Assembly: GCA_027313145.1 (NCBI GenBank)
Contig: DAHVEJ010000002.1
Location: forward strand, 8,843 to 70,218
DNA from: Phycisphaerales bacterium
Lineage (GTDB): Bacteria > Planctomycetota > Phycisphaerae > WQYP01
DNA: 61,376 nt
Direction of reading: 5' to 3'
Both the position numbers and the translations under genes were made by a program. Below the pieces are notes generated by a model. That model did not search any database, was not told the origin of the DNA, and saw only the letters and a program-made list of their open reading frames with translations. This document shows, piece by piece, positions 38,416 through 47,862 of the stretch (positions are counted from its first letter, which is position 1; each line of letters opens with the position of its first letter).

Positions 38416-39672
38416 ATGCCTGAAGGACCTTTAAAAAAGCGGAAAGTGCTGCTTCTTTCCGCGTCGGCCGGTACCGGGCATGTGCGGGCCGCCGATGCCT
38501 TGCTGCGAATATGTCAACAGCATCCTGGTGTGGGAGAAGTGCAGCACTGGGATATGCTCAAATATACCACGCGGTTGTTTCGGCACATTTACTCCCAAAC
38601 ATATCTTGATTTAATTAACAAAGCGCCACGCATGTTGGGATGGATATACGATACGTTTGACACGCCGTGGCGAAATGAAAAAATGCGATTGGCATTTGAG
38701 AAATTTAATGCGCGCCCGTTTCTCAAGGCTACCATGGCATTTCAGCCGGACCATATTATCTGCACCCATTTTACGCCCGCGAGTCTTTTAGGCTGGTTGT
38801 ATGAAACGGGGAGAAGCCCGGTGAAGCCTGCCATTGTCGTGACCGATTATGACTGCCATGCCATGTGGCTGAATCGCACCTACCAGCAGTACTTTGTTCT
38901 TCTGGATGAAACGCGGGAGTTTCTGGTGCAAATGGGGATTGATCCCCACCGTATCAGCATGTCCGGTATTCCCGTTGATCCGGTGTTTATGGAACCTAAA
39001 TCCCGCGCGGCGGCATGCCATAAACTTAACCTCGCCGATAATATTTTTACCATCCTGGTTTCCGCCGGCGGTTATGGTGTCGGCCCCGTGGAGGCGCTGC
39101 TGGCGGAGCTGCTTAAAATTAAGCGCCCGGTCCAACTGGTGGTGATCGCCGGAAGAAGTGAGGAATTAAAGCATCACTTGGATCAAATTGCCGGCCGACA
39201 GAATCGCAATGCAGCGGCAACGGTAATTCCGGTTGGCTTTACTCCATTGATGGATGAATACATGGCGGCGGCCGATCTCCTGCTGGGCAAACCCGGCGGC
39301 CTGACCACCAGCGAGGCCATGGCGCGGAACTTGCCCCTTTGCATTGTCAACCCCATTCCCGGTCAGGAGGAACGCAACTCGGCTCATCTTCTGGAATGCG
39401 GTGTGGCCATTCGCAGTAACAACTTGCCGACGCTGGCCTGGAAAATTCAAAAACTTATGGACGATCCGCAGCGCCTGGAGACTATGCGGGCAAATACGCG
39501 GCAGTTGGCCCGCCCGCATGCCGCCCAAAGCATCGTCGATACCGTTATGAATCTGCCGCTGGATGTGGAGGACAGGCCCGGGCGCGGACTCTTTTTGTCG
39601 GGCCGAATGGCCAGATCTCGCATGTTGCGGAAGCGGCGTATCAGCAGACTTGATGCCGCCAGTGCTTCCTGA
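38416..39672 (+). CDS. Glycosyltransferase family 28, MGDG-synthase / UgtP-like diacylglycerol glycosyltransferase
   Basis: KVLLLSASAGTGHVRAADAL N-terminal motif, C-terminal GKPGGLTTSEAMARNLPLCIVNPIPGQEERN. Confidence 0.75.
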   Translation: MPEGPLKKRKVLLLSASAGTGHVRAADALLRICQQHPGVGEVQHWDMLKYTTRLFRHIYSQTYLDLINKAPRMLGWIYDTFDTPWRNEKMRLAFEKFNARPFLKATMAFQPDHIICTHFTPASLLGWLYETGRSPVKPAIVVTDYDCHAMWLNRTYQQYFVLLDETREFLVQMGIDPHRISMSGIPVDPVFMEPKSRAAACHKLNLADNIFTILVSAGGYGVGPVEALLAELLKIKRPVQLVVIAGRSEELKHHLDQIAGRQNRNAAATVIPVGFTPLMDEYMAAADLLLGKPGGLTTSEAMARNLPLCIVNPIPGQEERNSAHLLECGVAIRSNNLPTLAWKIQKLMDDPQRLETMRANTRQLARPHAAQSIVDTVMNLPLDVEDRPGRGLFLSGRMARSRMLRKRRISRLDAASAS

Positions 39673-39681
39673 TTGGGCTTG

Positions 39682-40887
39682 ATGTTGTATACGGATGAAC
39701 TCGACTATACGCTTCCACCGGAATTAATTGCCCGCCATCCGGTCTATCCGCGTGATCACAGCCGGCTGCTGGTCTATCGGCGCGGTTCCGATACGATTGA
39801 CCATTGCCTTTTTTCTGACCTTCCGCATCTGCTGTCGCCTGGGGACCTTTTAATCGCCAACGACACGCGTGTGCTGCCGGCGAAACTCTCTCTGACAAAG
39901 CAATCAGGCGGGCGCATCACGGGCTTGTTTATCGCCGAGATTTCGGCTGGAATCTGGCGCGTTCTCTTGCGGACACGGGGCCGCGCTGCGGCAGGCATGC
40001 GGCTTACCGCACGGTCTGAAAAAGGGGCCGATGTACTTCACTTAAAACTGCTGGAACGCGAAGCCGAAAAAGGCCAATGGCTTGTAGAAGTCAGCGATAC
40101 CAGACCGGCTCCTGAGGTTTTGGCTGCCTTCGGCGATGTCCCATTGCCGCCGTATATTGAAAAGGCACGCGAACTCAAGCCGCAATCCGTCGCAAGGCAC
40201 CGTCCCGGCGCATCGGCGGTACCTCCACCGCGCGGGGCGACGGTCGAAAATATTTCTGATGCGCAAAATAGTGGCAGGCAAGATGCGTGCACTACCGGCG
40301 ACGCGGATGGCGACAATTCCTCCGATGCGCAAAACTATCAGACCATCTACGCCAGCGCCGCCGGTGCCTTGGCGGCTCCCACCGCCGGTCTGCATTTTAC
40401 GCCCGAAGTGTTTGTCAACCTGCAACGACGGAATATTCAGCGTGCTTTTATAACGCTGCATGTCGGTTTAGGGACTTTTTTACCAGTGAAAGCCGCAAGC
40501 CTGGATCAACATCCGATGCACCAGGAAACATTTATGATTCCCCGCACAACTGTTGAAAAAATTCGCGAACAAATAGCGCTATCTGGGCGGGTGGTGCTGG
40601 TTGGTACCACCACCGTTCGAACGCTGGAAACAATGGCCGGCGTCATTCTTGATTCCTCAAAGCCGCCGGAAGATTTTGCCGGGTCAACAAGTTTGCTTAT
40701 TAAACCCGGATTCACTTTTCAACTCACCGATGCGCTGATTACCAACTTTCATTTGCCCCGCAGCACGCTTCTGGCTTTGGTCGGGGCGTTAACGGGAATG
40801 GATCGTTTGAAAGAAATTTATCAGCAGGCCATCGCGCGCCGCTACCGCTTCTATAGCTACGGCGACGCCATGCTGATTTTACCCTGA
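39682..40887 (+). CDS. queA: S-adenosylmethionine:tRNA ribosyltransferase-isomerase, with ~55-aa low-complexity insertion
   Basis: LDYTLPPELIARHP, ANDTRVLPA, PLPPYI, YQTIYA, APTAGLHFT, TLHVGLGTFLPV, VGTTTVRTLE, NFHLPRSTLLALV, YRFYSYGDAMLI. ATG at 39682 preferred to the TTG at 39673. Confidence 0.9.
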   Translation: MLYTDELDYTLPPELIARHPVYPRDHSRLLVYRRGSDTIDHCLFSDLPHLLSPGDLLIANDTRVLPAKLSLTKQSGGRITGLFIAEISAGIWRVLLRTRGRAAAGMRLTARSEKGADVLHLKLLEREAEKGQWLVEVSDTRPAPEVLAAFGDVPLPPYIEKARELKPQSVARHRPGASAVPPPRGATVENISDAQNSGRQDACTTGDADGDNSSDAQNYQTIYASAAGALAAPTAGLHFTPEVFVNLQRRNIQRAFITLHVGLGTFLPVKAASLDQHPMHQETFMIPRTTVEKIREQIALSGRVVLVGTTTVRTLETMAGVILDSSKPPEDFAGSTSLLIKPGFTFQLTDALITNFHLPRSTLLALVGALTGMDRLKEIYQQAIARRYRFYSYGDAMLILP

Positions 40888-40949
40888 TGACGGCGGCACA
40901 AAATTCACTGCCGCGGAACATGCCCATCGCGGTTGCCGCAAGTGCATGA

Positions 40950-43751
40950 TCAGCTTCGTTTTGATCGATATTCCGCATACACCACATACGGCTCTACGGA
41001 CGCCGCGAGAATTTGGGCGGGCTTATCTACCGCCCTGAGGCATAATGTGATGACGTTTTTGCCACCGGGCCGGGTGTTAAGCCAGCATTCCGGAAGGTAA
41101 TATTCCCGCTGTCCGCCGCCTTGCCAGAATCGCCCATATTCGTGTCCATTGACATAAATAAAGCCCGTGCCGGTAGCCTGAATTTTCAGGCACCAGGGCA
41201 ACCAGATACCCGAATTCACCGTTGGCAAAACAAATTCCAAGCGGTGCCAAGAAAGCAGGGCCGCAGTGGCATCATCGTTCGGGCGTCCGGTCAGGTCCTG
41301 CTGTTGCCAATCCGAATCATTAAAATCAGGCTTATGCCATCCTAATTCAACGCCGGTTGGATGGGGCGAAAATTCCAATGATCCCACCATGGTGGATAAC
41401 GCGGATAAGGCCATCGTCGAACTAAGTTTCACGGCACCAAGGCCTCCGGAGCCGCCAATATTTTGTACCAGCACCGCCAAGGTATTGTTTCCAACATGCA
41501 GAAGCTTTTCGGCGTTGAAGCTCCACGCCCGGTCCCAGTTATTGGTAGTACCGAGAAGTTGGCCGTTGACAAATACCCAGCCGTTGTCATCTATTCGGCT
41601 AAAGTGCAGCACCGTTTTGTGTTCGGTCAGATCTTCCTGGGTGATAGGCAACGTGGCGCGGAATATAGCGCTGGAGTTCGGCAACTTAATCTGCGTAGCG
41701 CTAAGTGCATCTTTAGTTGTAAGGTCCTTCCAGCCGGAGGTCGAGACATTGGCTCCAATAAAAGGGGCATGCTTCGGATTGCGGGGTTGCTGCACCTCTT
41801 TCATTCGCCACGGATTGATGAATTTTCCGGCAATGTTACCGGGCACCAGGGAAATATCATAGATTCCGTAGAGCGCCTCCATGCCCATTCCGCCGTTGGG
41901 GTGGCCCCGGTTTTCGTACACCAACGTGGCGGTATGCTGACCTGTTTCCAGCAGCTTTCTTGACATGTACAGCGACGCTGCGCCGGAGCCGGGCTTGGCA
42001 TAAAGTATTTCGCCATTGACTTTGGCGGTAGCGCCGTCGGAGTGATTCAACGTGGCGGCCAGCGCAACGGCCGAAATCTTCGGCGGCAGGGCATGGAGAT
42101 TTAACTTTGCGCGGTAATAGCTGAAACCCGATACATACACGCCCAACTCCGCCAATGATTGATTCCGCTTGATTGCCCTCCAATGAGATGGTTCCGGATC
42201 AACTGCGGATTTAACCGACCCGATGGTCACACCCGACGGCAGATTTGTTGGGCGTTTCTGATCTTCCTGCGGTTCCGGCAGCCATTTCCCATCATCGGCT
42301 GCGGTGACTCCCACTGGCAGGAAGAGAATCTTGGACCCGAAGGGTTCCAGTTCATATTGAAATTCAACAGTGCCCAATCCCGCAATGGCCGCACGCGCTT
42401 TACCGCTGCGCCGGTGGCCATGCTGATCCGTGCGAATAAACAAATAGATGCTGCCATCCGGCGCTTTGCTCGCCGCCAGATAGACATCAGAAAATCCGGT
42501 TTTGGCCTTCACCGCAACGGCGTGCGATTGAGCCAGTGCCGGACCATGCTCCTTAAGCATGGCCGCGATCGCTTTAACGCGCAGGTACTTTGTTCCCACA
42601 CCGCCGTTTTCTCTGATGGGGGCGCTGTAATCATAGGACGTGGCAATTCCGGCAGCGGGTCTTCCACCAAAATTAGTGCCGCCGAAGAGCATGTAATAAT
42701 TAACCATGGTCACACCGTTCTGAATGCAGAAGAGTGTGAGGTTGTTGATCTGCGGTGGAATGAGATCAGAGCGATAATGGTCCACGTGCGTGCGCAAAGG
42801 CGGAACATCGCCGACGCCGCTAAACCAGCCGCCTTGCAGTTCCGCCGTCATTAGCGGGGCATCGCCTTGATGTTTCCGCATCCATTCAATGGAACCAAGA
42901 ACCCCATCGACACCCCATCCCGGATAGAAATCCATGGTATCAAAGACCCGCCGGAGCAACGGATTTTCAGCATCCACCACACACTGGCCCCAGTTAATAA
43001 ACAGGGGCACTTCTATGCCGTTTTTTAATGCGCCCGTGACCAGAGATTCAACATAAGTCTGCTTGACCGAATTAGAGAAAGGTGCGTAGTCGTATTCATT
43101 TTCGACTTGAAAAATCATCACGCCCGGTTCGCCGGGGCCTTTGCGGGTAATCTGATGTTTGGCGATGACCGGGCAGACGGCATTGTACCAGTGGCGGCTC
43201 CATGCCATAAAAATGGGATCATCGCTGCGCAACCATTCGCCTTGGTAATCCCGTGGCTTTTTGGTCATCAACCATTGCGGGAAGCCGCCGGTATCCCATT
43301 CGGCGCAAATATAGGGTCCGGGGCGAATGCTGACGTACAGCCCGAATTCCTGCGTGGCCATGGTCAGCCAATCATCCAGGTCGGTGAGGTCAATTTTGGA
43401 ATAATCGTCCAGACCGGAGGGCATTTGGATTTCGTGCATATTCCACGCGACGTAGGTTTGCACGCAGTTAAATCCGGCTTCTTTGATTTTTGCGAATCGT
43501 TCGTGCCACAAGGGTTTGGCACAGCGGTAATAATGGAAGCAACCGCTATACATAAAAAAAGGTTTGTCGTCCAAAATCAGAGAGTGCCGGTCATAGCGGA
43601 TGCGATGGGGTTGAAAAAACTGCCGAGGTGGAAACTTTTCGGAAGCGGCTGACGCGGTGAAATTTCCGCCGTTTAAGGCCGCCGCCGCTGAGACAACCGC
43701 CCCCAATTTAACAAAGTCTCGACGATCCAATTGAGGTATTTTTTTTTCCAT
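40950..43751 (-). CDS. TAT-exported GH35 beta-galactosidase with C-terminal beta-sandwich domains
   Basis: Twin-arginine signal LDRRDFVKLGAVVSAAAAL. GFNCVQTYVAWNMHE, IRPGPYICAEWDTGGFPQWL, FQVENEYDY (acid/base Glu), MTAELQGGWF (nucleophile region). Confidence 0.9.
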   Translation of the reverse strand: MEKKIPQLDRRDFVKLGAVVSAAAALNGGNFTASAASEKFPPRQFFQPHRIRYDRHSLILDDKPFFMYSGCFHYYRCAKPLWHERFAKIKEAGFNCVQTYVAWNMHEIQMPSGLDDYSKIDLTDLDDWLTMATQEFGLYVSIRPGPYICAEWDTGGFPQWLMTKKPRDYQGEWLRSDDPIFMAWSRHWYNAVCPVIAKHQITRKGPGEPGVMIFQVENEYDYAPFSNSVKQTYVESLVTGALKNGIEVPLFINWGQCVVDAENPLLRRVFDTMDFYPGWGVDGVLGSIEWMRKHQGDAPLMTAELQGGWFSGVGDVPPLRTHVDHYRSDLIPPQINNLTLFCIQNGVTMVNYYMLFGGTNFGGRPAAGIATSYDYSAPIRENGGVGTKYLRVKAIAAMLKEHGPALAQSHAVAVKAKTGFSDVYLAASKAPDGSIYLFIRTDQHGHRRSGKARAAIAGLGTVEFQYELEPFGSKILFLPVGVTAADDGKWLPEPQEDQKRPTNLPSGVTIGSVKSAVDPEPSHWRAIKRNQSLAELGVYVSGFSYYRAKLNLHALPPKISAVALAATLNHSDGATAKVNGEILYAKPGSGAASLYMSRKLLETGQHTATLVYENRGHPNGGMGMEALYGIYDISLVPGNIAGKFINPWRMKEVQQPRNPKHAPFIGANVSTSGWKDLTTKDALSATQIKLPNSSAIFRATLPITQEDLTEHKTVLHFSRIDDNGWVFVNGQLLGTTNNWDRAWSFNAEKLLHVGNNTLAVLVQNIGGSGGLGAVKLSSTMALSALSTMVGSLEFSPHPTGVELGWHKPDFNDSDWQQQDLTGRPNDDATAALLSWHRLEFVLPTVNSGIWLPWCLKIQATGTGFIYVNGHEYGRFWQGGGQREYYLPECWLNTRPGGKNVITLCLRAVDKPAQILAASVEPYVVYAEYRSKRS

Positions 43752-43976
43752 GACGCGATGCCTTTCACTATATCGGTTCTTCGCCTGTGGCGGCGGATTA
43801 CCTTTGCGTGGCGTACCGGCCTATACTATACAAGCGGTTATTAATTTGGCAATGATGTAACTCAATAATTATGTTTCACTTTTTGCCCTTCGTTATGCTA
43901 TACTATCGCATGGGTTCATACGACTTGCTGGTTTGGTAATAAAGTTGTTTTTACCAGGTTGCCGCGGGTCAATAGC

Positions 43977-44867
43977 ATGAGGCATTACATGGCAGCAAAC
44001 ACGAAGCTTCTCCGCCGCGAATTGCGCGATGGACGAACAGTGCATTTTCAATGGTATTACTCTACGGTTTTCGCGATTCTCCACGTACTGACCCTGGTGG
44101 CCTTTGTTCCGATGTTTATTCATGTGTCATCCATCGTGGTATTTTTTATCATGGCGTGGATTGCCGGTGGATTAGGCGTCACCTTGGGGTATCACCGTCT
44201 CTTGACCCACCGCAGTTTTGTTACTTATAAACCTATCGAATATATTCTCACCGTCTTTGCGTGCCTGTCCTGGCAGGGCGGTCCGATTCAGTGGGTTGGC
44301 ACGCATCGTCTGCATCACAGGGAATCGGATGAACCGGGTGATCCGCATTCGCCACGCGATGGCTTTTCCTGGTCGCACATGTTGTGGATTATCCATTCTT
44401 CGCGTATTGGTGACGATCCCGCAAAACTTACCAAGGATATCCAGCGCGATCCGGTATTATGCTTCCTGGATCGATATTGGTATGTACCGCAGTTTTTTCT
44501 GGCGGCGATCTTATTTGCTCTCGGGTGGTTGTGGCTGGGAAATCCCATGGGAGGCGTCTCCTGGTTCCTCTGGGGCGTATGCGTACGAGTGGTGGTGATG
44601 TATCACGCAACATGGTTTGTTAATTCAGCCGCTCATACTTGGGGCTACCGCAATTTTGAGACTGCCGATGACTCGCGCAACAACTGGTGGGTCGCTTTAA
44701 TGTCCTTTGGAGAGGGTTGGCACAACAACCACCACGCCCAACAGCGCTCGGCGGCCCATGGGATGCGCTGGTATGAAATTGATATCACCTATGTCACGAT
44801 TCTTTTGATGCGGGCTTGCGGTTTGGCTTGGAAAGTGGTTAAGCCCCAGCGACCTGGTTCATCGTAA
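43977..44867 (+). CDS. Membrane acyl-lipid/acyl-CoA delta-9-type fatty acid desaturase
   Basis: Three His boxes: GYHRLLTHRSF, HRLHHRESD, WHNNHHA. Start codon uncertain (43959 TTG / 43977 ATG / 43989 ATG). Confidence 0.9.
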   Translation: MRHYMAANTKLLRRELRDGRTVHFQWYYSTVFAILHVLTLVAFVPMFIHVSSIVVFFIMAWIAGGLGVTLGYHRLLTHRSFVTYKPIEYILTVFACLSWQGGPIQWVGTHRLHHRESDEPGDPHSPRDGFSWSHMLWIIHSSRIGDDPAKLTKDIQRDPVLCFLDRYWYVPQFFLAAILFALGWLWLGNPMGGVSWFLWGVCVRVVVMYHATWFVNSAAHTWGYRNFETADDSRNNWWVALMSFGEGWHNNHHAQQRSAAHGMRWYEIDITYVTILLMRACGLAWKVVKPQRPGSS

Positions 44868-45026
44868 AAGCGAGCATGTTTTTCATGATTTACGTGATAT
44901 CAGGCCGGATATCTGACGGACACGTCCTTAGCCCGTCCTATAATTAATTTTATAAATTCTGCATTAGGCTTTCCGGTACGGCAGGGCGCATCGGTTATAA
45001 TCGACCTCTGTGACTGGAGGTTTCGA

Positions 45027-45713
45027 GTGACCGCAAATCCCTACCATATTGGCGACCGCGTATACGCCCCATGGCAGAATGAACGGCTGTTTCCTGCGCG
45101 GGTCACCTTCCTTTCCAATGGTACTGCCTATTTCACGTATGTAGATGGTGAGACTGGCCGGATGCCCGCACGGCGCCTGCAACCGTCGAATAAAATCGTG
45201 GTCATTGAATCGGTTTCTCGAAAGCCGACGGAAAAGCATTGGTCGGAAGGGCGGTTGTTGGGGGAATTTCTCCGCATGATCGGAGCTAAGCCTTTATATT
45301 CGTTCATTCGCACCAAATTGGAACTTGGCCATTTTTTAAAGCTGGCACGCATGTCCAGCAGTCGGCATATTCATTTTTCCATGCACGGGCTTAAGCGTAA
45401 GCTGGTTCTGCAATTGGAAGATGTCGACATTGATGAACTTATAACATTGGCCGGCGACCTAACGGGAAAAATCATCTTTTCTTCCAGTTGCCTGACAGGA
45501 AATGAGGCTTTTGCTGAAGCTTTCGTACGCGGTACGGGCGCGGCAGCTTTTATCAGTCCGCGCCGCGAAATACGCTGGGCTGATGCGGCGCTGGTGAGCC
45601 AATTATTTTATAAAAAAATGCTCTGCGATGGTGTAAGCCCGTATGTGGCATTCCGGTTTGTCCGCAAAATGTACCCGCGCCATGCCGATCTTCAGTTCTT
45701 CAAGGGGCAATAG
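45027..45713 (+). CDS. Hypothetical protein: N-terminal Tudor/Agenet-like domain + minimal CHAT (caspase-like) domain
   Basis: GTG start with GGAGG 6 nt upstream. GDRVYAPWQNERLFPARVTFLSNGTAYFTYVDGETG (Tudor-like pattern). RHIHFSMHG ... GKIIFSSSCLTG ... GAAAFISPRREIRWADAALVSQLFYKKML (His/Cys dyad pattern of CHAT). Confidence applies to the gene; the domain calls are inference. Confidence 0.6.
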   Translation: MTANPYHIGDRVYAPWQNERLFPARVTFLSNGTAYFTYVDGETGRMPARRLQPSNKIVVIESVSRKPTEKHWSEGRLLGEFLRMIGAKPLYSFIRTKLELGHFLKLARMSSSRHIHFSMHGLKRKLVLQLEDVDIDELITLAGDLTGKIIFSSSCLTGNEAFAEAFVRGTGAAAFISPRREIRWADAALVSQLFYKKMLCDGVSPYVAFRFVRKMYPRHADLQFFKGQ

Positions 45714-45718
45714 GTCCT

Positions 45719-47806
45719 TTAGTGTTTGTACGCGTATGGGGATTCCGGATAATCCTTTTTCAATCGTGCCAGGAGAAGTTCAGCGCGAGTGGTCTTCCCT
45801 GCACTTTTGTACGCTTCACTGGCACGGTACAGCAGCTTTGCGGCATAAAATGACTTTGGCTCACTATTAACATACTGCACGGCAATCTGTGCGGCGTTAA
45901 GAAAACGATCCTGCGCCATCATCAGCTTGACGCGCAGCAACCGCGTATAGCCTTTGATAATCGCCCGCGGGAACTGCAGTTCCCATTGGTCCAGCAAATG
46001 ATCGGCCGTACGGTAATGATGGCTGTCAATATAACTTTCCACGTTACGCGCCAGCACGCCCTGCCGGATCTCTTGGGCGCTATAAGCCATGCTTGTCACA
46101 TCACCGGCCTGTTTTACATATTTGGTTGCTGCCGCACCATTTCCGTTGGCAATCGAGGCATACGCCAAGGCCGTATAAATATCGTGCGCGGCCGGCTTGG
46201 GTAAAGGGCCGTGATCGGCCTTCCAATTTTGCAGACTCTGGAGCACCTGTGGTGCCGTGCCGGAATAATTGCACGCGGTCACAGCGTAATGCAGCAGCAG
46301 ATGGGCCTGCGTCATAGCGTCTATATGCTTTCGCGATGCCAATAAATAAATATTCCCCGCCTGTCGAAAGTTGCCTTTTCGCAGTTCCCGGCGAACCAGC
46401 ATATCCGCGGTGTTTACCACGGACTGCGGATTTTGCGCGTCGGTTGAAATCGCCCAGGCCAATCCCCATGCCCGCAGGCCCCGCAGATTTTTGTAATGGT
46501 GATAAAACATAACGCCGCGGTAAAGTTGCCTCCCGGAAAGTGTTTTCAGATTATAGTTATCAATAATATCCGCCACCACGCCTGCCGGATCCACCGGCGG
46601 ATAGGGAAATTTGGAGAACATCTCGGTGCGTACCAATATCCGCCGCTTTGCGACAAACGTGTTGCCCGCCTGCGTTACCGATATGCCGACGGTGTAAACA
46701 CCGGGCGCTAAAAACTCATGATCCACCTGCAGGCCGTGTGCGGTTTGCCCGTCGGAAAAGGTCCAGGTCACCCTTGGCGAAAATGTGGCAGGCACCCGGG
46801 CGGAAAAGGTGTAACGCTGAAGATAATTATCGGGTGGAACAAATAATTGTGACTGCGGTTTAATTGAAAAATCCGCCGCATAACCGCCGCCGACTTTTTC
46901 CAGCGGCCCGACCGCCGCCTGATTTGCCGGCGCGAACGCCGCCGGTGGAATCGGCGCGTATTGCGCCGAGCCGGGCGGCTTCCAATCCACGGATATTCCC
47001 GCCAGCCACCACAAGTGCAATTCCCCTACGGTCATGGGGTACCAGCCCGGTTTAAGATAAAGGGTGCGTTTAAAACGAACGCGGCCCATCATGCCGCCCG
47101 GCCGGGTTTTGGTCAGCAGATTTTTCCCGTTAAGATTCAAAAACCCCACATCCGAAACATCAAAGGCAAACGTATAGCTTCCGGCACTGGTGATATGCAG
47201 GTTGGCCCGGTACAGCATCATATCCTGTCGATTCCAACCGGTGGGGTCATAACCCATGAACATTTCGGGGACGAACATAGAGGAAAAACATGTGGTGCGA
47301 TGGAAAAGCCGCCGCATTTGTCGCCAATTTCGCCGTGGGCCTGGCACCAGCGGATATACCCGTAAAAATATTCCGCGGTCGATTTTCAGTACCGGAGGCG
47401 CTATTCCGGGATGCTTGTTGCCCCACCAGACAAAATATTCCCCCGCCGCCGGCTCCTGAAACGCCAGGCGCACCAGATCATCTTTCTTCGATACGCGCAA
47501 GATGCGCATGGGCAATATCGTTCCCGTGTCTGTCGTTACGCGTAAATCCCGTCCATCCGGTAGTCGAGCACTATTGGTGTAGAACTGCGCCCAAGCCAGA
47601 TTTTTGCCCGGCGCTGAGGTGGGAAATAAATTCGCGCGTAATGAACGCCGGTAGGCCCATCCCGAACCCAGCGTAGCACCGCGCGAAATTCCCGGTGCGA
47701 TACATAACGCCACGATAAGAGCCATCCGGATTTGCTTATAGTTCAAATTCAGGCCTTGCCTTTCTGTTACCAGCGCGGAAATTTCATCGCCTTTAATCAT
47801 CGGCAA
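45719..47806 (-). CDS. Secreted PA14-like + PKD + TPR-like protein
   Basis: Likely signal peptide from the internal Met (MALIVALCIAPGISRG, ~47725). YRANLHITSAGSYTFAFDVSDVGFLNLNG (PA14-like). TWTFSDGQTAHGLQVDHEFLAPGVYTVGISV (PKD). Helical-repeat C-terminus. Confidence 0.65.
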   Translation of the reverse strand: MPMIKGDEISALVTERQGLNLNYKQIRMALIVALCIAPGISRGATLGSGWAYRRSLRANLFPTSAPGKNLAWAQFYTNSARLPDGRDLRVTTDTGTILPMRILRVSKKDDLVRLAFQEPAAGEYFVWWGNKHPGIAPPVLKIDRGIFLRVYPLVPGPRRNWRQMRRLFHRTTCFSSMFVPEMFMGYDPTGWNRQDMMLYRANLHITSAGSYTFAFDVSDVGFLNLNGKNLLTKTRPGGMMGRVRFKRTLYLKPGWYPMTVGELHLWWLAGISVDWKPPGSAQYAPIPPAAFAPANQAAVGPLEKVGGGYAADFSIKPQSQLFVPPDNYLQRYTFSARVPATFSPRVTWTFSDGQTAHGLQVDHEFLAPGVYTVGISVTQAGNTFVAKRRILVRTEMFSKFPYPPVDPAGVVADIIDNYNLKTLSGRQLYRGVMFYHHYKNLRGLRAWGLAWAISTDAQNPQSVVNTADMLVRRELRKGNFRQAGNIYLLASRKHIDAMTQAHLLLHYAVTACNYSGTAPQVLQSLQNWKADHGPLPKPAAHDIYTALAYASIANGNGAAATKYVKQAGDVTSMAYSAQEIRQGVLARNVESYIDSHHYRTADHLLDQWELQFPRAIIKGYTRLLRVKLMMAQDRFLNAAQIAVQYVNSEPKSFYAAKLLYRASEAYKSAGKTTRAELLLARLKKDYPESPYAYKH

Positions 47807-47862
47807 CCTCCTGATGCCAAACGAATCAGCGGGGCAAATGATTCAGTCCTGCGGCGTATAGC

